Assembly (NCBI GenBank): GCA_004297395.1
Contig: SCUO01000047.1
Coordinates: forward strand, 56,575 to 120,574
DNA from: Chloroflexota bacterium
GTDB lineage: Bacteria > Chloroflexota > Limnocylindria > Limnocylindrales > CSP1-4
Direction of reading: 5' to 3'
Length of the DNA: 64,000 bases
In this document: positions 1 through 8,034 of the stretch, piece by piece
Position numbering within the stretch: the first letter of the stretch is position 1
Layout of the letters: each line of letters starts with the position of its first letter
Translations under genes and position numbers: made by a program
The notes under the pieces: model-generated
Databases searched by the model: none
The model's input: only the letters and a program-made list of their open reading frames with translations
Told to the model about the DNA's origin: nothing

Positions 1-189
1 TCGAGCCTGGCGACGCCGCCCGTCGAGAGCGAGCCGACATACGCGGTCGTACCGGGTCCGGCGGCGATGCCTTCAGGCGCCCAGCCGCCGGCCAGGTCGA
101 CCCGGGCTGGGAACGGCGCCGCCAGCACGGCGGTGGCGGCGAGGGGGATGGCGATCAGCCCGGCCAGGGCCGAGGTGAGGCGTCGGCGC
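1..189 (-). CDS. Secreted protein, N-terminal fragment (gene runs off window start); signal peptide followed by beta-propeller-like (SMP-30/gluconolactonase/LRE-like?) region
   Basis: Reverse strand ATG at 189-187 gives MRRRLTSALAGLIAIPLAATAVLAAPFPARVDLAGGWAPEGIAAGPGTTAYVGSLSTGG...; hydrophobic signal peptide; no stop before position 1. Confidence 0.4.
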
Positions 190-342
190 ATCGTGGCGCA
201 CCTCCGTGTCGAAGGGAAGCGCGACCGGCCGGAACCGGCCGCTCCCGACGTGCGGTGCGATACGAGAGGTACGCCGGGCGGCCCGACCACGGATCGAGCC
301 GTCGCCGCACCCCGGGTTACAGATCCGTGTCAGAGTCCCGGC

Positions 343-1017
343 ATGGCCGGTTCGTCACGCGCCTTCGTCCTCCGGCACACCCGGCTCCGGCCGGTGCCCG
401 GCCTCGAGCCGATCCGCCTCCACCTGGCCGACGATGCGCTTGCCCTGTGGCGGGCCGTCCAGCTCGAAACCGGCGATGCGGACGCCCCGATCCCCTATTG
501 GGCCTTCGCCTGGGGCGGCGGTCTCGCGATCGCGCACTACCTTCGGGACCGGCCGCAAACGGTGGCCGGCCGGCGCATCCTCGACCTCGCGTCGGGCTCG
601 GGCCTGTGCGCGATCGCGGCGCTCCAGGCTGGAGCGTCGGCCGCCACCGCCGTCGACATCGATGTCCGCGCCGTCACCGCGATCCGGCTGAACGCCCGGG
701 CGAATGGCGGTCGCCTGACCGTGCTCCAGCGCGACGTCCTGGACGACGAGCCGCCGGACGTCGACGTCATCCTGGCCGGCGACTGCTGGTACGAGGCCGG
801 CCTCGCGGCCCGGGTCCTGCCCTGGCTGCGACGGGCGGGCGAAGCCGGGATCGATGTCCTCGTCGGCGACCCCGGGCGCGCCCATCTCCCGGTCGCCGAG
901 CTCGTGGAGCTTGCCGCCTACGACGTCCGGACCACGACCGAGCTCGAGGACCTTGACCATCGGCGGGGCCGGGTGTACTCGCTTCGGCCGCGCGAGCCGG
1001 TCGGCGCCGTCAGCTGA
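343..1017 (+). CDS. Class I SAM-dependent methyltransferase (small-domain RsmC/PrmA-like)
   Basis: SAM motif I ILDLASGSGLCAIAA, motif II VDIDVRA, acidic motif VILAGDCWY; internal ATG 343 chosen because N-terminal part of ORF 67..1017 is low-complexity and antisense to the secreted-protein gene. Confidence 0.7.
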   Translation: MAGSSRAFVLRHTRLRPVPGLEPIRLHLADDALALWRAVQLETGDADAPIPYWAFAWGGGLAIAHYLRDRPQTVAGRRILDLASGSGLCAIAALQAGASAATAVDIDVRAVTAIRLNARANGGRLTVLQRDVLDDEPPDVDVILAGDCWYEAGLAARVLPWLRRAGEAGIDVLVGDPGRAHLPVAELVELAAYDVRTTTELEDLDHRRGRVYSLRPREPVGAVS

Positions 1018-1831
1018 GCGGGAGGTCGGCGGGCAGGCCTTCAGGCTCCGGAAACGCCGGCTGGAGGGCCTCGATCGCATCCGCCACGATCGTCCCGACC
1101 GCGAGGTTGCGGAACCACTTGTGGTCCGACGGGATGACGTACCACGGGGCCTCGGCGGTCGAGCACCGGGTCAGGGCGTCGTCGAACGCCGCGATCGCGA
1201 CATCCCAGCGCTCCCGGTCGCGGAGGTCGGAGCGCCGGAACTTCCAGCGTTTGGCTGGGTCGGCGAGACGGGCCCGCAATCGTTCCAGCTGCTCGGCCGG
1301 GCTGATGTGCAGGAAGAGCTTGATGATCGTCGTGCCCTCGACCGCGAGCAGCCGCTCGAAGGCGTTGATGGCGTCGTAGCGGCGGGCCCAGGTCGCCTCG
1401 GGGACGAGCTCCCCGATCCGCTCGGCGAGCACGCCCTCGTAGTGCGACCGGTTGAAGATGACGATCTCGCCGTCGCCGGGCACCTGGGCGTGGACGCGCC
1501 ACAGGAAGTCATGGGCGAGCTCGGGCCCGACCGGGACGCCGAATGGCACGGCCCGAACGCCCATCGCGTTGAAGGCCCGCATGAGGTGCCTGATCGCGCC
1601 ATCCTTCCCGGCCGTGTCGATGCCCTGGAGGACGATGAGGATCCGATGGCGGTGCTCGGCCCAGACGGTCTCCTGCAGCACCTCCAGCCGATCGAGGTCG
1701 GCGGCCGTGCGGTCGCGCGCGGCGTCCTTGTCGAACCCGAGCGTCGCGCCCGGGTCCATCGTCGCGAGGCGGACCGACGTGCCGGGCGCGACCCGGAACG
1801 CGTCGCCCAGGCGCTGGGGGGACCCGTGCAT
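1010..1831 (-). CDS. Polyphosphate kinase 2 family (polyphosphate:nucleotide phosphotransferase)
   Basis: PPK2 Walker A IVLQGIDTAGKDG, FNRSHYE, WYVIPSDHKW motifs; start at internal ATG (MHGSPQRLGDAF...) matching usual PPK2 N-terminus; 8-nt convergent overlap with methyltransferase. Confidence 0.85.
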   Translation of the reverse strand: MHGSPQRLGDAFRVAPGTSVRLATMDPGATLGFDKDAARDRTAADLDRLEVLQETVWAEHRHRILIVLQGIDTAGKDGAIRHLMRAFNAMGVRAVPFGVPVGPELAHDFLWRVHAQVPGDGEIVIFNRSHYEGVLAERIGELVPEATWARRYDAINAFERLLAVEGTTIIKLFLHISPAEQLERLRARLADPAKRWKFRRSDLRDRERWDVAIAAFDDALTRCSTAEAPWYVIPSDHKWFRNLAVGTIVADAIEALQPAFPEPEGLPADLPLS

Positions 1832-1910
1832 CGGTTGAGCGTAGCGCCGACGGGCAGCGTCGTCGCGGCTCCGTCGGCGCGGCAGCACACCCTCGACGTA
1901 GAGTTCGGAG

Positions 1911-2120
1911 ATGGACGCCCTGACCGCCTTCGGCGTCGCGGCTCTGACCTTCATGATGCTGATGTACGCGCTGGAATCGCGCGGGCGGGCGTTCATCCTA
2001 GCCTTCGCCGTCGGCTGCGCGCTTTCGAGCGCCTACGGCTTCGCCTCCGGGACTTGGCCGTTCGGGGTCGTCGAGGCGGTCTGGACGCTCGTCGCCGTTC
2101 GACGCTACGCAACTCGATGA
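1911..2120 (+). CDS. Small two-helix membrane protein (hypothetical)
   Basis: 69 aa, two hydrophobic spans (AFGVAALTFMMLMYAL / FILAFAVGCALSSAYGF); stop TGA overlaps ATG of next gene (ATGA). Confidence 0.5.
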   Translation: MDALTAFGVAALTFMMLMYALESRGRAFILAFAVGCALSSAYGFASGTWPFGVVEAVWTLVAVRRYATR

Positions 2121-2371
2121 CGGCGCCGTGCCGGACGCCTCCAAGGGCTTCCAAACGCGCTCCCCACATTGCCCGCTACGGCGACGGCACCCTCAAGTCG
2201 CGCGGCTTCACGTTGGACGGCGAGATGCACGGCAAGTGGGAATTCTTCCGCAAGGACGGCAGCATGATGCGAGCCGGCGAGTTCGACCGCGGCCGCCAGG
2301 TCGGCGTCTGGCGGACGTTCGATCGAACCGGCCGGCTCGTGAAGGAGACCGACTTCTCGAAGCACGGATGA
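2117..2371 (+). CDS. MORN-repeat (YwqK-like) small protein
   Basis: GDGTLKSRGFTLDGEMHGKWEFFRKDGSMMRAGEFDRGRQVGVWRTFDRTGRL: MORN variant repeats; C-terminal frame of ORF 854..2371 whose upstream part is antisense to PPK2. Confidence 0.6.
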   Translation: MTAPCRTPPRASKRAPHIARYGDGTLKSRGFTLDGEMHGKWEFFRKDGSMMRAGEFDRGRQVGVWRTFDRTGRLVKETDFSKHG

Positions 2372-2384
2372 GGGTAGCGTCAGC

Positions 2385-3302
2385 TCACGGCGTGATCCGC
2401 ATGGAGTCCACGATTGCCTGGGCTTCCGTCGCCCGCGCCGTCGAGCCGACGTCGACGAGGGCGACAACGAGCCGGGTCCCGTCCACGTCGATGATCCAGT
2501 ACCGCAAGGTCTGTCCCGGGGCGGGGGCCGGGGCGCCGACGAGGTCGGGATTGGCTTCGCCGACGACGGGCCACAGCGAGGGTTCCGAACCCCCTGAACA
2601 GGCCTCGGCGGTCGCCGGCCTCGAGAGCTCGAGGCTCTTGCCCGCAAAGCCGCCCAGGGTGACGTCGGTGGCCGCCGACGCATCGATCCCGGGCACGGCC
2701 GACATGGCCGCCACCAGGTCGTCGACGCCCGGGCCCGGTGCCTCCTCGAGCAAGCCCTTGGTCGGGTCGCAGGGGTCTACATAGAGGTTTGCGACCGCCA
2801 TGATTGCCACCGAGGGCGCGTCCTCCGGGAACGGGAAGACGGCCCACTCGATCAGGCCCTTGTACCAGCCTTCCGGGATCGTCAGGGTGATCGAAAGCGG
2901 CTCGACCGCGGTGATGATCCAGTCGCCCGGAGCCAGCGGGGCTCCCCCGCCGGGATGCGTAGAAAACAGGGCCGGGAACGTAGTGGCCGGTGTCGGCTCG
3001 GGTGGTGGCGACAGCGCGAGCGTTGGGCTCGGCGTCGCCGTGGCGGCCGGACCACCCGGCCCGGAACCGCCCGGGAGCAGGTTGTAGCCCACGATCGCGA
3101 CCACGACCACGGCGGCCGCGGCGATCGCCAGGCGGGCGAAGTTGTTCATATTGGCGAACCTCCACGCCGGCCACCAGGACCGGCGCTGTAGGGTCGCGGG
3201 GACTCGGTCGAGCACGTCGTCCAGGACGCGGTCCGGGAGCGCCGTGGCGCCCTCCTCCAGCCACGACCGAACGATGCGGTCTACGTCGCGATCGGTGCTC
3301 AC
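2385..3302 (-). CDS. Anti-sigma factor (single-pass membrane, N-terminal cytoplasmic anti-sigma domain, extracytoplasmic domain)
   Basis: ATGA overlap with upstream ECF sigma gene; N-term helical domain, TM span LAIAAAAVVVVAIVGY, Pro/Thr-rich linker, C-terminal globular domain. Confidence 0.6.
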   Translation of the reverse strand: MSTDRDVDRIVRSWLEEGATALPDRVLDDVLDRVPATLQRRSWWPAWRFANMNNFARLAIAAAAVVVVAIVGYNLLPGGSGPGGPAATATPSPTLALSPPPEPTPATTFPALFSTHPGGGAPLAPGDWIITAVEPLSITLTIPEGWYKGLIEWAVFPFPEDAPSVAIMAVANLYVDPCDPTKGLLEEAPGPGVDDLVAAMSAVPGIDASAATDVTLGGFAGKSLELSRPATAEACSGGSEPSLWPVVGEANPDLVGAPAPAPGQTLRYWIIDVDGTRLVVALVDVGSTARATEAQAIVDSMRITP

Positions 3303-3847
3303 TGGGCAGCCTCCCGCGTCGCTGGTCGAGCGTCGGCCTCGAGGGCCGCGCGCAGGCCACGCATCGCGTGATGTAGTCGAGAACGAACCGTCCCGATGGG
3401 CACGCCGAGGGTCTCGGCGACCGCCTCGAGCGGCAGGTCGAGGTAGTGGTGCAGGACCACCACCGCGCGATGGTCGATGGACAGGCGACGGAAGCCACGC
3501 TCGAGCTGGTCGCGATCGACGACCTCGCTCAGGCCCTCCGGCGTCGCCGGCCCTCTGGCCGGCAACAGGCGGAGATTCGGCGCCCAGACCCGGGTCCGGT
3601 GTCCCTCGGCGTAGCAGGCGCGCACGAGGAGCCGGTACGACCAGGCGTCGAACTTCGCCGGGTCGCGCAGGAGCGGAAGGTCCCGCCAGATGCTCAGCAG
3701 CGCCTGCTGCGTCGCATCCTCGGCGAGATCGATGTCGCGCAGGATCCGGTGCGACACCGCATGGAGGCGGGCACTCACGGCGACGGCGAGGCTCGCGAAG
3801 GCCTCCTCGTCACCACGCTGCGCCCTGCGCACGAGCTCGATGTCCAT
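3299..3847 (-). CDS. ECF (sigma-70 family group IV) RNA polymerase sigma factor
   Basis: Region 2 (DATQQALLSIWRDL, FDAWSYRLLVRACY) and region 4 (LSIDHRAVVVLHHYLDLPLEAVAETLGVPIGTVRSRLHHAMRGLR) motifs. Confidence 0.85.
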   Translation of the reverse strand: MDIELVRRAQRGDEEAFASLAVAVSARLHAVSHRILRDIDLAEDATQQALLSIWRDLPLLRDPAKFDAWSYRLLVRACYAEGHRTRVWAPNLRLLPARGPATPEGLSEVVDRDQLERGFRRLSIDHRAVVVLHHYLDLPLEAVAETLGVPIGTVRSRLHHAMRGLRAALEADARPATREAAQ

Positions 3848-3883
3848 GCGTCTCCACGTCCGCGGCGCCGGCCCTTCGCCGAC

Positions 3884-3933
3884 GTCCGAACGGTATGGGC
3901 TGCGCCGGGCGCGCGGCGACTCAATGTTCGGAC
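3884..3933. promoter_or_regulatory. 8-bp perfect inverted repeat GTCCGAAC-N34-GTTCGGAC immediately upstream of ECF sigma gene
   Basis: Seen directly in sequence 3884-3891 and 3926-3933; lies 36-85 nt upstream of sigma start codon. Confidence 0.25.
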
Positions 3934-4020
3934 AGTTTCCCAGCCGCCACCCACGCGGTCACCCCAAGAGCTTCCGAGGGAGAACGCTCGGCGGACGCTT
4001 GGCTCGCTGCCGCGTCGGGC

Positions 4021-4380
4021 CTACCTGTCGGCTGGCCCGCCGACCACGTCGGCCTCGGCCTCGAGCTCGATTGCCCGCTCCGTCCGGCTGAGATGGCTGG
4101 TCTCGACGATCCGTGGTCGGCCGTCCCGGTCCTTCCAGCGAGCCTGAATCCGATCGTCGTTCGCCTCGCCCACCAGGCGAAGGACCACGTTGAAGCCGGA
4201 GCCGCTGCGCTCGATCGATTCAACCGTCACCGCCGTCGCGGGAAGCGGCAGGAGCGCCAGGACCTCGCCGAGGTTCCGTCGAAGCTCGTCGCTGAGATCC
4301 TCGATCGCGCGATCCACGTCGCCGGCGACGAGCGCGGCGCCGAAGGCCTCAGCCCGTTCTCGAACGACCGTCTCGTCCAT
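4021..4380 (-). CDS. Hypothetical small protein (119 aa)
   Basis: Clean C-terminal frame of ORF 4021..4830 from ATG 4380 (MDETVVRERAEAFGAALVAGDVDRAIEDL...); divergent from ArsR gene; upstream part of the long ORF is Arg/Ser-rich junk. Confidence 0.45.
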   Translation of the reverse strand: MDETVVRERAEAFGAALVAGDVDRAIEDLSDELRRNLGEVLALLPLPATAVTVESIERSGSGFNVVLRLVGEANDDRIQARWKDRDGRPRIVETSHLSRTERAIELEAEADVVGGPADR

Positions 4381-4564
4381 GGCTCCCGTCCTCCGATGCG
4401 CTCGGCAGTCGCGGGCGCGGTGGAACCGGCCGGCTGCGGCCACGACGACGATGGCCCGCCTCCCGTCCCGATCGCGGCACGCGATCGGCGGATTGCGATA
4501 CGAAATGCTCTCAGGAGCGCTCGCGATCGCCACCACCACGCTCGCTGGGACTGACCTTGGAGGC

Positions 4565-4593
4565 TTGACATCGCCGCCAGCCTCGGGTTCAAT
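4565..4593 (+). promoter_or_regulatory. Putative sigma-70 type promoter for ArsR-family operon (TTGACA-N17-TTCAAT)
   Basis: TTGACA at 4565-4570, 17-nt spacer, TTCAAT at 4588-4593, about 20 nt upstream of ATG 4613. Confidence 0.35.
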
Positions 4594-4603
4594 TGGCGAC
4601 ATC

Positions 4604-4621
4604 CATAACAGTATGGTTATG
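4604..4621 (+). promoter_or_regulatory. Putative ArsR/SmtB operator: inverted repeat CATAAC-N6-GTTATG spanning the start codon
   Basis: CATAAC 4604-4609 and GTTATG 4616-4621; ArsR-family repressors typically bind imperfect 12-2-12 palindromes at their own promoter; here only a 6-N6-6 repeat is seen. Confidence 0.3.
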
Positions 4622-4969
4622 AAGGGACGCATGGACCAGCACCGCCAGCTCGACGCCGTCTTCGGAGCCCTCGCCGACCCGACCCGCCGGGCGATCCTTG
4701 CCCGCCTCGTGGACGGTGATCGGACGGTCGCCGAGCTGACGGCTCCGTTCGGCGTCTCGCAGCCCGCGATCTCGCGACACCTCAAGGTCCTCGAGCGGGC
4801 CGGGCTGGTCTCTCGCAACCGGCGAGCCACTGCTCGCCCCAGCCACCTCGAGGCCGAGCCGCTCCGCGAGGCGACGGAATGGCTGGCCCGCTACCAGGCG
4901 TTCTGGGACGAGAGCCACGAGCGGCTCGACGCCCTCCTCGCCTCCCTGACCCGACAGCCCGAAGGCTGA
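4613..4969 (+). CDS. ArsR/SmtB family transcriptional regulator
   Basis: wHTH motif ADPTRRAILARLVDGDRTVAELTAPFGVSQPAISRHLKVLERAGLV; first ATG 4613 (alternatives 4619, 4631). Confidence 0.85.
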   Translation: MVMKGRMDQHRQLDAVFGALADPTRRAILARLVDGDRTVAELTAPFGVSQPAISRHLKVLERAGLVSRNRRATARPSHLEAEPLREATEWLARYQAFWDESHERLDALLASLTRQPEG

Positions 4970-5007
4970 TCATCCTCGTTCGCAGCAGCTCGAAAGGAGC
5001 GTCCCCG

Positions 5008-5511
5008 ATGGGAGCCACCAGGATCACGGCCCCGGCCGGCGTGCCGTTCATCGACATCGAGCGCGAGTTCGCGGCGCCACGAGCCCTCGTCCATCGCGCC
5101 TACTCGGACCCGGAGCTCCTGAAGCAGTGGCTCGGTCCTCGCAAGTACGTCATGGAGATCGAGGTCTGGGAGCCGCGTGACGGCGGTCGATGGCGGTACA
5201 TCCACCGCGACGCGGACAGCGCCTACGGCTTCCACGGGGTCTTCCACGGTCCCCAGACCGAGGAGCGGATGCTCCAGACCTTCGAGTTCGAGGGCGCTCC
5301 GGGACACGTGTCCCTCGAATCGGTCGAGTTCATCGACCAGGGCGACCGGACCCTCGTCCGGAACCACGCCGTCTACCAGTCGATCGAGGCCCGCAACGCG
5401 ATGGTCGAGTCGGGCATGGAAGAAGGCATCAACGACGGCTTCGATCGCCTCGACGCGCTCATGGCGCGACTTACGACGCACGAGCCGGCAGGCGCCGGCG
5501 CCCCGCGCTGA
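5008..5511 (+). CDS. SRPBCC / Aha1-like (activator of Hsp90 ATPase homolog) domain protein
   Basis: Typical ArsR partner; RBS AAAGGAG 8 nt upstream of ATG 5008; START/Bet v1-like fold signature residues (HRAYSDPELLKQW, EFEGAPGHVS). Confidence 0.75.
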   Translation: MGATRITAPAGVPFIDIEREFAAPRALVHRAYSDPELLKQWLGPRKYVMEIEVWEPRDGGRWRYIHRDADSAYGFHGVFHGPQTEERMLQTFEFEGAPGHVSLESVEFIDQGDRTLVRNHAVYQSIEARNAMVESGMEEGINDGFDRLDALMARLTTHEPAGAGAPR

Positions 5512-5558
5512 CCACCCACGCTGATCCTGAGCGCCCGGAACATCGAGGTACCCCGAAC

Positions 5559-5984
5559 ATGCAGTACAAGCTCGAGGTCGTCGTCGTGCCCGTGTCCGAC
5601 GTCGATCGGGCCAAGGCCTTCTACGTCGACCAGGTCGGCTTCGCCCTGGACGTCGACCACCAGCCGAACGACGACTTCCGGGTCGTCCAGATGACACCGA
5701 ACGGGTCCGGCTGCTCGGTCACGATCGGCAAGGGCATGGCGAAGATGGAGCCGGGGTCGCTGACCGGCCTCCAGCTGAGCGTCGGTGACATCGAGGCCGC
5801 CCACGCCGAGCTGGCCGGGCGGGGCGTGCCAGTGAGCTCGGTCCAGCACCACGACGGGACCGGTTTCGTGGATGGCCCGGGCGGCGACTACAACTCGTTC
5901 TTCTTCTTCGATGACCCGGATGGCAACGGCTGGGCCGTCCAGCAGAGCCCGCTCGTCAAGGCAGCCGAAGCCGCGGGCGCCTGA
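5559..5984 (+). CDS. VOC family (glyoxalase/bleomycin-resistance/dioxygenase) protein
   Basis: KLEVVVVPVSDVDRAKAFYVDQVGFALD... duplicated beta-alpha-beta-beta-beta modules; ATG 5559 with GAGG upstream. Confidence 0.8.
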   Translation: MQYKLEVVVVPVSDVDRAKAFYVDQVGFALDVDHQPNDDFRVVQMTPNGSGCSVTIGKGMAKMEPGSLTGLQLSVGDIEAAHAELAGRGVPVSSVQHHDGTGFVDGPGGDYNSFFFFDDPDGNGWAVQQSPLVKAAEAAGA

Positions 5985-5992
5985 GGAGCTCG

Positions 5993-6451
5993 TCAGGCCG
6001 TCGGCATGAGGCGGATCATCGGGATGCGCCGGCCCGACTGCTCGGGATACTCGGCGAACCACGGGAGGGCCCGGACGTGCGCGTCCCACAGGCGGTCCCG
6101 CTCTGCGCCCTCGACGAAGGTTGCCAGCGCCTGGATCGTCTGCGTCCCGACCTCGAGCGTGACGTGCGGGGTGCGGCGCACGTTGTTCACCCACATCGGA
6201 TCGGTCGGCGACCCGCCGGCAGTGCCGGCGACGATGTACTCGCCGGCGTCGCGCGAGTAGGTCAGGATCGCCCGCCGTGGCTGGCCGCTTCTCGCCCCGA
6301 TCGAAGTCATGAGCAACAGCGGGTGGCCCGCCATCGGACCACTCGTGACCGCGCCGCCGTGGGCGCGCATGTCGGCAATGAGGGCTTCCTCCCAGGGATC
6401 GGCGGCGGTGTCAGGCATCGGGTGCTCCACGTCGAACCGTTGCATCCGCAA
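5993..6451 (-). CDS. Deazaflavin (F420)-dependent nitroreductase family protein (DUF385-like)
   Basis: PMAGHPLLLMTSIGARSGQPRRAILTY...IVAGTAGGSPTDPMWVNNV pattern typical of this family. Confidence 0.7.
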   Translation of the reverse strand: MRMQRFDVEHPMPDTAADPWEEALIADMRAHGGAVTSGPMAGHPLLLMTSIGARSGQPRRAILTYSRDAGEYIVAGTAGGSPTDPMWVNNVRRTPHVTLEVGTQTIQALATFVEGAERDRLWDAHVRALPWFAEYPEQSGRRIPMIRLMPTA

Positions 6452-6549
6452 CTACTTGGCATCAGTGTACCCGACGCTGCCCAAACACCCAGTGCGCCGG
6501 CTTGCTGGCAGGGACCGCGGGACGGACGACGGCGGTGCATCATCCGGGC

Positions 6550-7437
6550 ATGCGTGAACATCGCCTGATCCCGAGGTCCGACGGTGGCGTCATCGAGGTC
6601 GTTCTCGACGGCGAGCCCGACGCCCGAGTCCTCCTCTACCACCATGGAACCCCGGGTTCGGGACTTCCCTCGCCGGAGATGGTCGAGGCCGCGACCGCCC
6701 GCGGCCTGCGCTACGTCGCCATCGTCCGCCCGGGCTACGCGGGCTCGACCCGCCGTCCCGGCCGGCGCGTGGTCGATGTCGCCGACGACGCGGCGCAGGT
6801 CCTCGATGCGATCGGAGCATCCCAGTGCCTCAGCCTGGGGTTCTCGGGCGGCGGCCCGCATGCCCTTGCCTGCGCGGCGGCCATCCCGGAGCGCGTCTCG
6901 GCTGCGGGGACGGTCGGCTGCGTCGCGCCGTTCGACGCGAATGGCGTCGACTTCCTGGCCGGTATGGGCAGCGAGAACATCGAGGAGTTCGGCGCTGCCG
7001 TCGAGGGACCCGCGGCCCTCCATGCCTTCCTGGCGGGATACGCGGAGACCCTGCGGGTCGTGACCGGCGAGGAGGTCGCCGACGCCCTCGGGGATCTCGT
7101 CCCGGCGGTGGATCGGGCCGCCATCGAACGGGGCTACGCCGCCTCGCTCGCGGCGAACATCCGGAACGGCCTCGAGCCCGGCTACCTGGGCTGGTTCGAC
7201 GACGACATGGCCTTCGTCCAGGGGTGGGGCTTCGATCTCCGGGAGATCGGCGTACCCGTCGCCCTGTGGCAGGGTGAGCAGGACCGGATGGTCCCCTATG
7301 CCCACGGCGTGTGGCTCTCGAGGGCGCTGCCGACCGTCCGGGCCCATCTGCTCCCGGACCACGGCCATCTGTCGATCGCGGTTGATTCCATCGGGGCCGT
7401 GCTCGACGACCTCATCGACGCCGCCGGAGCGGGCTGA
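6550..7437 (+). CDS. Alpha/beta hydrolase fold protein
   Basis: Nucleophile elbow GFSGGG, HG oxyanion motif (LLYHHGTPGS), C-terminal catalytic His (DHGHL); start at internal ATG 6550. Confidence 0.75.
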   Translation: MREHRLIPRSDGGVIEVVLDGEPDARVLLYHHGTPGSGLPSPEMVEAATARGLRYVAIVRPGYAGSTRRPGRRVVDVADDAAQVLDAIGASQCLSLGFSGGGPHALACAAAIPERVSAAGTVGCVAPFDANGVDFLAGMGSENIEEFGAAVEGPAALHAFLAGYAETLRVVTGEEVADALGDLVPAVDRAAIERGYAASLAANIRNGLEPGYLGWFDDDMAFVQGWGFDLREIGVPVALWQGEQDRMVPYAHGVWLSRALPTVRAHLLPDHGHLSIAVDSIGAVLDDLIDAAGAG

Positions 7438-7563
7438 AACGCCCGCCGGACCCGGTTGGGGCCGGACGGCCGCTCCGACGGGGACCACCTGGGCCTTGCC
7501 CGCGACACGCCGCGGATGACCATGAGCGGCGGCGTCCGATCCCGTACAGGAGCCCACACCGTC

Positions 7564-8031
7564 ATGGCCACTCGCGCCTACCTTCGCCAGCCGGGCCTCG
7601 AGATCCCACGCCCGGAGCTGCACCTCGCCGGCAAGCTCAGCGTCATCTTCCTGGGCCTGCTGGGCCTCGGGGCCGTCGCTGGTGGCATCGCCCTGACATC
7701 GAAGCCGGACGGCAGCGTCATGCACTTCGACGTGGCCATCCTCGGCGGCAGCCCCTTCACTGACTTCTTCGTGCCGGGCCTGATCCTCGGTGGCCTCTTC
7801 GGCATCGGCTCCTTCGTCGTCGCGGCCCTGGGCCTGCGTCACGCCCGCATTGCCCCGTTCCTTGCCTTCGCAGTCGGCTGCGGCCAGATGATCTGGATCG
7901 TGATCGAGCTGACGATCATCGGCGAGTTCAGCTTCCTCCACCCGACGTTCTTCGGGGTCGGCCTGGTCATCGCCCTTGCTGCGGTCCCGTGGGGCTGGCC
8001 GACCTTCCAGGCCTGGCGCCGCAGCCGCTGA
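7564..8031 (+). CDS. Integral membrane protein (4 predicted TM helices), hypothetical
   Basis: Hydrophobic spans LSVIFLGLLGLGAVAGGIAL, FFVPGLILGGLFGIGSFVVAAL, FLAFAVGCGQMIWIVIELTIIG, FFGVGLVIALAAVPWGW. Confidence 0.55.
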   Translation: MATRAYLRQPGLEIPRPELHLAGKLSVIFLGLLGLGAVAGGIALTSKPDGSVMHFDVAILGGSPFTDFFVPGLILGGLFGIGSFVVAALGLRHARIAPFLAFAVGCGQMIWIVIELTIIGEFSFLHPTFFGVGLVIALAAVPWGWPTFQAWRRSR

Positions 8032-8034
8032 CGC

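Noticed and set aside
854-2371. 505-aa ORF spanning the PPK2 locus on the opposite strand
   Set aside because: Only its last 85 codons (MORN protein) look like real coding sequence. The rest is Arg/Gly/Pro-rich and antisense to a well-supported PPK2 gene; typical high-GC frame artefact.
2380-3498. 372-aa ORF overlapping both the anti-sigma and ECF sigma genes in another frame
   Set aside because: Arg/Gly/Pro low-complexity translation. Overlaps two genes with clear domain signatures.
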